From positions 79,914 to 143,913 of the forward strand of contig OZ243041.1 of assembly GCA_965212055.1 (NCBI GenBank): a DNA stretch of 64,000 nucleotides, in the 5' to 3' direction. The notes under the pieces were generated by a model. It ran no database searches. It had not been told where the DNA came from and saw only the letters and a list, made by a program, of their open reading frames with translations. The translations under genes and the position numbers were made by a program. Below, piece after piece: positions 56,814 to 64,000 of the stretch. The stretch is from Fidelibacterota bacterium (GTDB lineage Bacteria > Fidelibacterota > Marinisomatia > Marinisomatales > Marinisomataceae). The first letter of the stretch is position 1; the number at the start of each line of letters is the position of its first letter.

Positions 56814-57659
56814 TTATTTCCCCTTCATTAAGTTTGGTAATAACATATTTGAATTTTTAATGTATTCTTTATATTCCGGTCTAGATTTGATCATCATTTC
56901 ATCCATCATTGGACCAGTAATCTTGTAAAAAATTAATCCCATAACTATTGGTCCACATGCACTAAGAACGATGCTAAGAGTATCCATGCTTGAAACTGTA
57001 AAAGCAAACAAACCAATCCAACACATTAAATCTCCAAAATAATTTGGACGTCTTGAATACTTCCATAAACCAACATTACAAATTTTACCTTTATTGTCAG
57101 GATTTTTTCTAAATGATTTTAATTGAAAATCACTTATTGTTTCCCATAATAGACCCAATGCGAATAATGATATACAAATTACTATTTCAATTGTAGTTAA
57201 TGTTGCAGGATTGATTTGCCCAAAATACAAAGGCATTCCTATAAAATATGCAAGACATCCTTGCAAATAAAATACTCTAAAGAAACTAAACCACCACCAA
57301 TGTTTTCCAGCTTCTTTTCGCCAGCCAATATATCTTACATCTTCACCATGACCAATATTTCTTATGCCAATATGTAATGCGATTCTTAGGGCCCACAAAC
57401 TTACCAGTCCAAGAATCAATAATGATCGATCACTTGTTTCCCCTATGTAGTAATTTATTGATAATCCGAATACTATAAAACAGGGTCCCCAAAATATATC
57501 TACAATGCTTGCATCTTTTACCATTAGACTGATTAACCAAATCAGCCCCATAAAGCCAATAATGGATATAAAACTGCAGAAAAGATCTGGATAAAACCAA
57601 TAATCCAATGCGATGAATGATGTAAAAATTAAATTAACTAATAGTGTTTTTTTAATCAT
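56814..57659 (-). CDS. DUF1295 / steroid-5-alpha-reductase-like membrane protein
   Basis: Multi-TM protein with GLWKYSRRPNYFGDLMCWIGLF, which is typical of this family. Confidence 0.7.
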   Translation of the reverse strand: MIKKTLLVNLIFTSFIALDYWFYPDLFCSFISIIGFMGLIWLISLMVKDASIVDIFWGPCFIVFGLSINYYIGETSDRSLLILGLVSLWALRIALHIGIRNIGHGEDVRYIGWRKEAGKHWWWFSFFRVFYLQGCLAYFIGMPLYFGQINPATLTTIEIVICISLFALGLLWETISDFQLKSFRKNPDNKGKICNVGLWKYSRRPNYFGDLMCWIGLFAFTVSSMDTLSIVLSACGPIVMGLIFYKITGPMMDEMMIKSRPEYKEYIKNSNMLLPNLMKGK

Positions 57660-57717
57660 ATAAATGATCTACAAAATTTTTTTTCATAAAAATGGTAGTG
57701 AATATTAGTAAAACTAT

Positions 57718-58353
57718 ATGTATTTTGATAGTAGAATGAATGATAAAATTCCAATATTTCCCCTTCCACTAGTCTTGCTTCCTGGCGAAAAACTTCCTCT
57801 TCATATCTTCGAAGAAAAATATAGAAAAATGATTGAACATTGTTTAAAAAACAATCAAAAATTTGGAATTGTTAATTCAAAAAATAAAGATTTACTTACT
57901 ATCGGATGTACTGCGTCAATTGAACAGCTAATCGGATCTGATCAATATGACAAGGGTGAATACGATATTCTTGTTACAGGGGTAGATAGATTTATCGTTA
58001 AGAGTTATAACGATTCTGAAATGTATAAACAAGCACATGTAAAAACATGGAAAGATTTAGATGAATCAATCAATAATACCCTTTTAAAAGAAACGAATGT
58101 TCTTTTATATGAAGTATTGATGAAGTTGGGAGCTTCTTCCAAAATTTCTCAAATCAATATGCCAAAAAACTCGTTTGAAATTGCATCTATGCTTGATATT
58201 GATAAAAGAGCAAAAAAAATTCTTTTAAAAAGCCAATCTGAGAATGATCGTTTATTGGTTCTTAAAAGAATCTTGAAAAAAGCAATTGTAAAAATAGACT
58301 ATAATAATTCTAATTCAATGGAATATTCAGATTATAGTCAATTTGAAGCCTAA
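57718..58353 (+). CDS. LON N-terminal (substrate-binding) domain protein
   Basis: IPIFPLPLVLLPGEKLPLHIFEEKYRKM. No AAA or protease domain is present. Met7 (57736) is an alternative start. Confidence 0.75.
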   Translation: MYFDSRMNDKIPIFPLPLVLLPGEKLPLHIFEEKYRKMIEHCLKNNQKFGIVNSKNKDLLTIGCTASIEQLIGSDQYDKGEYDILVTGVDRFIVKSYNDSEMYKQAHVKTWKDLDESINNTLLKETNVLLYEVLMKLGASSKISQINMPKNSFEIASMLDIDKRAKKILLKSQSENDRLLVLKRILKKAIVKIDYNNSNSMEYSDYSQFEA

Positions 58354-58355
58354 AA

Positions 58356-61300
58356 CTATTTCAATTTCACTAGTTTTATAAAATCATTGATTATGATATA
58401 AGATACTGGAACAAGTAATAAAATTATTGTTGTGGAAAATAGGATGCCTACTCCTAAAGAAATCGCCATAGGTTTTAAGAAAAGTACTTGTGTACTTTGG
58501 TTAAATAGTAAGGGCATAATGCCAAGAAATGTTGTTACAGAGGTTAATACTACAGGTCTAAAACGAGTGCGAACGGAATCCACTACAGCGTCTTTGACTG
58601 AAAATCCCTCTTCCATTTTTCTATTGATAAATACTACTAATAATAAGCTATCATTGACAACAACTCCTGAAAGTGCAACAATGCCAAGAAGCGACAAAAC
58701 CGAAAGATTTACGCCAAAAAGTAAGTGTCCTAAAATTGCTCCCACCATCCCATAAGGAATGGCTGATAAAACTATTAACGGTTTAAAATATGATTTAAGT
58801 GGGATTGATAGCAAAACATAAATAGCAAAAATTGCTATAGCAAATTTATATCCAATATCTTCTAATTGTTCTGCTTGTTCTTTTGGTTCTCCTCCTAATT
58901 CAAAATTGATATCTTGATATTGATTTAAAATTCCAGCTAATTCTCCTTTTGGTTGGTTTTCATTGTTTAGAAGATTCTGTAAAATCATTCCTGAGGTATT
59001 TTTTGCTATATCAACATCTGCCTGAACCTCGATTACTCTCATTCCATCACTTCTTTTAATTTTGGAATAGCCTTCAATTTCTTGAACGCTTGCGACTGAA
59101 TATAGAGGAACCTTGATTCCTTGGTTAGTTCGAATTCTCATATTTTCAAGTGTAGACATTGTTTGACGTTCTTCTTTTGGGAATTTTAACATTACTCTAA
59201 TATCATCATCATCACGTTGAATACGTTGAACTTCTTCTCCAAAGAATGCCTGTCTAACTTGTTTTGCAATATCCAATGTAGTAATTCCATATACCTCTGC
59301 TGAAGGCAGTAGTTCTATTTGGAGTTCACTTTTACCTTTTTGATTAGAATCATTGAGATCATGTATCCCAGAAAATGACGATAATAATTTTTTTGTTTGT
59401 TCAACAGCAGCATTTAGATTTTCAAAATTATTACCTTGAAATTCAAAATCAATTGGTTTGCCAGCAGTAAAAATATTTGCAGAATAGGTAAGACGTTCAA
59501 CGCCTGCAACTGTTCCAATGCGTTGTCTTAATATATCAATAATATCATACGCCCCTGTTAAATTCCATCGTTCATCAGCAGGGGTTAAAATCACTAATAC
59601 TTCTCCTATATGTGGAGTGCTAGTTGATCTAACAGTAAATCCACCAGGGCCTTTCGATGATTCTTCTGTTGAGTAGTATTGTTCACCAGCAGTTGTTAAG
59701 ACATTGCTAATAATGATTGATGGACTAGTGCTATTAATTTCATCTTTTAACTGTAATGCTTCCGTTTCAATTATTGAAAGAATTTCTTGAGTGCTACTTA
59801 TTGGCGAACCCTCTGGGAGTTCAAATGCAATTGATACTTCTTCTGCTTCTAGTACAGGGAAAAATGTCCACTTTACCCACCCTCCCGCAACGAAGGAAAA
59901 TGATATAAGCAATAAACCAGTAAATACTGCAATAGCAGTATATCGTTGATCCATTGCCTTATGAACTAGCGGTATCCAAAAATTATCAACAAAATGATAT
60001 AAACGATCTGAACAAAAATTTCTTGCTCGTGATAACAACTTTCCAAATGTGACAAAATTTGTTTTAAACCAATCGGTAGCATGATTTAAATGTGCAGGCA
60101 AAATCGTAGTTGATTCAATTAAAGACATTGCTAAAATAGGAATTGCGGTCAATGGAAATACTCTCCATATTTCTCCTGTTTCTCCAGCCAGGTCTAACAT
60201 AGGAGCAAAAACAGCAATTGTTGTTAAAACTCCAAAAAATACTGGTATTAAAACTTCCATAGTACCATTGATAGTAGAGGTATAGTTATCTTCATTAAAT
60301 TTTATTCGTCGCCTAAAAACATTTTCACCAACAATAATCGCATCATCCACTACAATTCCTAAAACAACAATAAACATAAAGGCTGATAAAACATTTACAG
60401 TTACACCGACTTGAGGAAGTATAAGCAATGCACCACCAAATGAAATTGGTATTCCCATAGCAACCCAAAATGCCAGAGAAGGTTTTAAAAACATAGTTAA
60501 TAATATGAGCACTAAAGTGATTCCAATTGCAAAATTTCGATATAATAGATTAATACGATCTTGTAAATAGCGTGCTTGATCATAAAAATAATCGATTTCA
60601 ATACCTGTTGGCATATTTGCTTTTTTATTGTTTACATACGTTCTTAGTTCTTCTGCAGCTTTTAATACATCCTGATCTCCTACCAGATTGATTCCAACAA
60701 ACATTGCTGGTGTTCCATTCCAACGATAAGATTTATCTACTTCTACAAAATCATCTTTAATAGTTGCAATATCTTTAAGCAAAAGTTGGCTTCCATTTGG
60801 TTGGCTTCTGATAACAATCTTTTCATATTCTTTTGCATTATAAGATTGTCCTACAGTTCTGATTAGTAACTCTTCCTTAGAAGTAGAGAGAATTCCTCCT
60901 GGTAAATCGATAGAACCAGCGTTAATCGCAAGTGCAATTTGATCAAAATTAAGATTATATTTTTCAAGATTATTTTCAGAAACTTCAATCGTTATTTCTC
61001 TATCTCTACTGCCAAGAATTTCTGTATAAGAAACTTCATTCAACATTTTGATGTCTTGATTAATTTCTTTGGTGACTTGTAATAATGTACTTTCATCTAC
61101 GTTACCATAAATCACTATATCCAACACTTTCTCCTCCATCTCCATTTCTTGGATAATAGGTTTTTTGCTATTCACTGGTAGGTTGTCCATGCTATTTACT
61201 ACTGTCTTTACTTCATCTAAAATTTTATCGAATTCTGAAGTGGAGTGAATCCTAATAGCGACCCTTCCCGAATTTTCTGTTGAATAAGAAATAATTTCTT

Positions 61301-61535
61301 CTATTCCGGGAATACCTTGAAGTCTATCTTCTATTTTTGAACATATCGAAGATTCAATCTCGCTCGGAGAAGCACCTAAATAAGGAACATTGATTGAAAT
61401 AATATTAATATTTGGTGCAGGAAAAAACTCGGATTTCATATTTTGATAGGATGCAATTCCTCCAACAATTAAAAAAAACATCAATAGATTAGCAGGAACG
61501 CTATTTTTAACAAACCAAGTTACAATACTCTTCAT
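58356..61535 (-). CDS. RND efflux transporter, AcrB/HAE1-like inner-membrane pump
   Basis: A 1059-aa protein with a 12-TM architecture and two large periplasmic loops, plus GIVVDDAIIVGENV and the duplicated GVVVNDSLLLV. Confidence 0.9.
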   Translation of the reverse strand: MKSIVTWFVKNSVPANLLMFFLIVGGIASYQNMKSEFFPAPNINIISINVPYLGASPSEIESSICSKIEDRLQGIPGIEEIISYSTENSGRVAIRIHSTSEFDKILDEVKTVVNSMDNLPVNSKKPIIQEMEMEEKVLDIVIYGNVDESTLLQVTKEINQDIKMLNEVSYTEILGSRDREITIEVSENNLEKYNLNFDQIALAINAGSIDLPGGILSTSKEELLIRTVGQSYNAKEYEKIVIRSQPNGSQLLLKDIATIKDDFVEVDKSYRWNGTPAMFVGINLVGDQDVLKAAEELRTYVNNKKANMPTGIEIDYFYDQARYLQDRINLLYRNFAIGITLVLILLTMFLKPSLAFWVAMGIPISFGGALLILPQVGVTVNVLSAFMFIVVLGIVVDDAIIVGENVFRRRIKFNEDNYTSTINGTMEVLIPVFFGVLTTIAVFAPMLDLAGETGEIWRVFPLTAIPILAMSLIESTTILPAHLNHATDWFKTNFVTFGKLLSRARNFCSDRLYHFVDNFWIPLVHKAMDQRYTAIAVFTGLLLISFSFVAGGWVKWTFFPVLEAEEVSIAFELPEGSPISSTQEILSIIETEALQLKDEINSTSPSIIISNVLTTAGEQYYSTEESSKGPGGFTVRSTSTPHIGEVLVILTPADERWNLTGAYDIIDILRQRIGTVAGVERLTYSANIFTAGKPIDFEFQGNNFENLNAAVEQTKKLLSSFSGIHDLNDSNQKGKSELQIELLPSAEVYGITTLDIAKQVRQAFFGEEVQRIQRDDDDIRVMLKFPKEERQTMSTLENMRIRTNQGIKVPLYSVASVQEIEGYSKIKRSDGMRVIEVQADVDIAKNTSGMILQNLLNNENQPKGELAGILNQYQDINFELGGEPKEQAEQLEDIGYKFAIAIFAIYVLLSIPLKSYFKPLIVLSAIPYGMVGAILGHLLFGVNLSVLSLLGIVALSGVVVNDSLLLVVFINRKMEEGFSVKDAVVDSVRTRFRPVVLTSVTTFLGIMPLLFNQSTQVLFLKPMAISLGVGILFSTTIILLLVPVSYIIINDFIKLVKLK

Positions 61536-62677
61536 TATTTATATTTTGGATTAACAGGGGTGCCATTTGTGGCAATACTTACTTTAGATACAATGATTCT
61601 TTCACCAATTGATATCCCATCTTTTACTATCATATCATTTTTCAATTTCTTAATGATATTAATTTTTCTTATTTCGATTTTATTATTTTTATCTACAATT
61701 AAGAGTTCATCATTAGCAGTAAATGAAATATTTGGAATAACAAAAACATCTTCTAAAAATTTTCCATTAATTTTTGCCTCGACAAATAAACCAACAGGTA
61801 ATGTTGTTTGATTTTCTTCTAAGAAATCATTTTTGAAGTTTGCAATTAATTTAATCATTCTGGTTACTGGATCAATAACGCCATCCACTCGTTCAATATT
61901 TCCTTTCCAGATTTGTACTTTCCCTTTATAAGGAGCACTAATAGTCACAAGCGATTTTTGATTGTCGTTTAATTTTCTTCCATCCATTGGAATATCTAAA
62001 AATGCCAAATCACTATCTTTAACAGGTAGTATGATTTCAATTTGATTTGATGTATAAATTATTCCCAAAGGTTGGCCTGGTAATACAGTTGATCCTATAT
62101 CAATATTAATACTTTGGATACGCCCTGTATAAGGAGCAGTAACATCTGTTTTATCTAGCTTTTTCTTAGCTGATTCTACTTGAGCTTTTGCAACGTTCAG
62201 CGCTGCATTCGCTTGTTTCAGTTGAGGTTTTTTCAGTGTTAAATCTTTTGCAGCTCCTTCACCAAGTTTATCCCATGTCTGTTCTGCGATTTTAGCTTCT
62301 GCTTCTTGCATGGCAAGTTGCACTTCAGCGCTACGTAGTTGAAGTAATGCATTATTGTATTGAAGTTGAAGATCTGTATCATCTATTTTTGCTAATATTT
62401 CTCCTTCTATTACCGAAGAACCTTCTGAAAATTTCTTTGAACGATATATAATTTCTCCCCCAACTTCGCTTGTCAAAATAGTTTGGGTAATAGGTTGAGT
62501 TGTTCCCATGGAACTAATTAAAATTTGATGATTTGTTGGTGTGACAATTTCTACTTCAACCTCAACTGGAATGCTTTCTTCTACTGGTTGAGGTTTTATT
62601 TGACCAAGCCAATATAACATGTAGGCTATTGCTAATGAAAACAGTATAATAATTACAGGTCTGATATATCTTATCAT
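61535..62677 (-). CDS. RND efflux membrane-fusion (periplasmic adaptor) protein
   Basis: N-terminal TM helix, coiled-coil hairpin (LQLRSAEVQLAMQEAEAKIA...) and a lipoyl/beta-barrel domain (APYTGRIQSINIDIGSTV). Confidence 0.88.
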   Translation of the reverse strand: MIRYIRPVIIILFSLAIAYMLYWLGQIKPQPVEESIPVEVEVEIVTPTNHQILISSMGTTQPITQTILTSEVGGEIIYRSKKFSEGSSVIEGEILAKIDDTDLQLQYNNALLQLRSAEVQLAMQEAEAKIAEQTWDKLGEGAAKDLTLKKPQLKQANAALNVAKAQVESAKKKLDKTDVTAPYTGRIQSINIDIGSTVLPGQPLGIIYTSNQIEIILPVKDSDLAFLDIPMDGRKLNDNQKSLVTISAPYKGKVQIWKGNIERVDGVIDPVTRMIKLIANFKNDFLEENQTTLPVGLFVEAKINGKFLEDVFVIPNISFTANDELLIVDKNNKIEIRKINIIKKLKNDMIVKDGISIGERIIVSKVSIATNGTPVNPKYK

Positions 62678-62688
62678 TTTATTGTGCT

Positions 62689-64000
62689 TTATTCGTAAGC
62701 AAATCCTCCTCCAAGAGACAATATTAAGTTTATTCTTTGTTCAATGCGAATTTTTTCTGTAGTAGCTAAAATATTTTTTGTATCAAAAAGCATATTATTT
62801 GCATTAATTACATCTTCTGCACTTGCAATTCCTTCATAGAATTCATTTAAAGTTGTATTATAAATTGATTCTGCAATTTTTACATTTTCCTCAACAAGAT
62901 TCAGTGAAGAAAATGCAGTATTATCGAACTGTAAACCAGACTCTACTTCTTTATATGCATTTAACAAATCATTAACAAATTGGAGCATCGCAATTTCTTT
63001 TTGGCTTTTAGCAATTTTTTTACTTGCGATTAATTTTCCTCCATTAAACACAGGAGCTAATAAATTTAATCCAGCACTCCACACACTATAATCTTTATTT
63101 AATAAATCTTGAATATTACTAGATGCACCGCTGGATCCTACCAAACTAAATGTGGGATATAAAGATCTCATCGCCTGTTTATTCAGTGCTTTCGCAGCAA
63201 GCATATTGTATTGAGAAGCAATAAGGTCAGGTCTTCTTTTTATTATGTCAGCTGGTAAAACTGTTGGAATGCTTGGAAGATGTTTTGGAAAATCATCAGA
63301 AATTACTAATGTCAAATCTGGATATTCTCTAATTAAAACTTTGCCTTGTCTAATCAATCCATTCAAAACACTTGTTTTATTATCTAAATCACTTTTTGCA
63401 TTATTAAGTATCATTTCTGATTGTTGAAAAAAATTACTTTTTATAATTCCTGTTTTATAACGTTCACTATATAAATCGTGAATAATTTTTGCATTATTAT
63501 ATTTTTGCTTTGCATTCTCTACTAATTGTTTGGATTCGATAATAGAGAAATATAATTTTGTAGCTTCAGCAGTAAGAGAAAATTGAATGTAAGTATAGTT
63601 ATATTTGCTAGATAAATACTGTCTTTTCCCAGCTAATCTTCCTTGTCTTAACTTTCCCCATAAATCTATTTCCCACTGGGCATTTAAAGATAAACTATAG
63701 TTTTCTTGGGTGAATGTTGTGATTTCATCACTGTTACCAAAAAAACTAGTAAAAATAGGTGGAAACCCTGCAGTATTTTGTTCTGATTCAGTTCCACTAG
63801 CAGCAATTCCTACAGATGGTGCTAAATTTGCTGTAGATAACACAGCACCTTGTTTTGCAATGCGAGTATTGAGCATCGCTTGTTCTAAATTTATATTTTC
63901 TTCTAAAAATATTGATAAAAATTGATTCAAATTTTCATCTTGAAATTCATTCCACCAGATTTCCGATACATTCAGTTGCACTGGCAAATCTGATTGCCAC
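62689..64000 (-). CDS. TolC-family outer-membrane efflux factor (5' end outside the window)
   Basis: WWNEFQDENLNQF and the duplicated alpha/beta repeat architecture. The reading frame stays open to position 64000, so the tracked TTG start at 63987 is probably not the real one. Confidence 0.85.
   Translation of the reverse strand, partial: WQSDLPVQLNVSEIWWNEFQDENLNQFLSIFLEENINLEQAMLNTRIAKQGAVLSTANLAPSVGIAASGTESEQNTAGFPPIFTSFFGNSDEITTFTQENYSLSLNAQWEIDLWGKLRQGRLAGKRQYLSSKYNYTYIQFSLTAEATKLYFSIIESKQLVENAKQKYNNAKIIHDLYSERYKTGIIKSNFFQQSEMILNNAKSDLDNKTSVLNGLIRQGKVLIREYPDLTLVISDDFPKHLPSIPTVLPADIIKRRPDLIASQYNMLAAKALNKQAMRSLYPTFSLVGSSGASSNIQDLLNKDYSVWSAGLNLLAPVFNGGKLIASKKIAKSQKEIAMLQFVNDLLNAYKEVESGLQFDNTAFSSLNLVEENVKIAESIYNTTLNEFYEGIASAEDVINANNMLFDTKNILATTEKIRIEQRINLILSLGGGFAYE

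Noticed and set aside
63985-64000. The TTG at 63987 as the true start of the TolC-like gene.
   Set aside because: The frame remains open to the window edge (…W Q S D L P V Q…), and the product would lack a signal peptide. The gene is 5'-truncated by the window.

Overview
This is an AT-rich, very tightly packed bacterial chromosome segment. Hand counts of single 60-nt lines give about 28-33% GC in most genes and 38-45% in a few exported-protein genes. I call about 57 protein genes, one tRNA-Lys(UUU) and one tmRNA (ssrA). Most of the window is core housekeeping: amidase-folC-rho-aminotransferase-rpmE(type B)-prfA-prmC-dnaE, pepP, ligA, carAB, gcvP, mnmA-rsfS-argS, topA-ccmH-glyQS, hisS and an lptD-like gene. 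The CarboxypepD_reg-type TonB-dependent receptor, the many lipobox proteins and the tmRNA tag style suggest a streamlined marine member of the FCB/Marinimicrobia-like radiation. That taxonomic guess is inference only. I found no CRISPR array, transposase, integrase, toxin-antitoxin pair or recognisable defence system, and no large unannotated gap, so I cannot point to an obvious novel multi-gene system. The observations most worth follow-up are listed here. (1) A canonical intrinsic-terminator hairpin plus U8 tract is built from rare GC-ending codons inside codons 6-17 of carA, and may be a pyrBI-like attenuator. (2) tRNA-Lys and tmRNA each directly abut a protein gene (gcvP and an unknown lipoprotein) on either side of one divergent region, which also holds an orphan terminator. 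(3) A GC-elevated locus encodes a TonB receptor, periplasmic GGT and a lipoprotein of the normally cytoplasmic N-formylglutamate-amidohydrolase family. (4) A Tat-lipoprotein flavin amine oxidase and a lipoprotein GDPD form an operon, convergent with a DUF1254/DUF1214-like lipoprotein. (5) A perfect 30-bp all-A/T palindrome lies upstream of a candidate -35 box for topA. (6) An FTR1 iron permease carries a C-terminal CxxC-x13-CxxC tail, has a 7-1-7-type palindrome at its start, and lies near an azurin-like gene. All functional calls rest on motif recognition from the translated ORFs. No database search was run.
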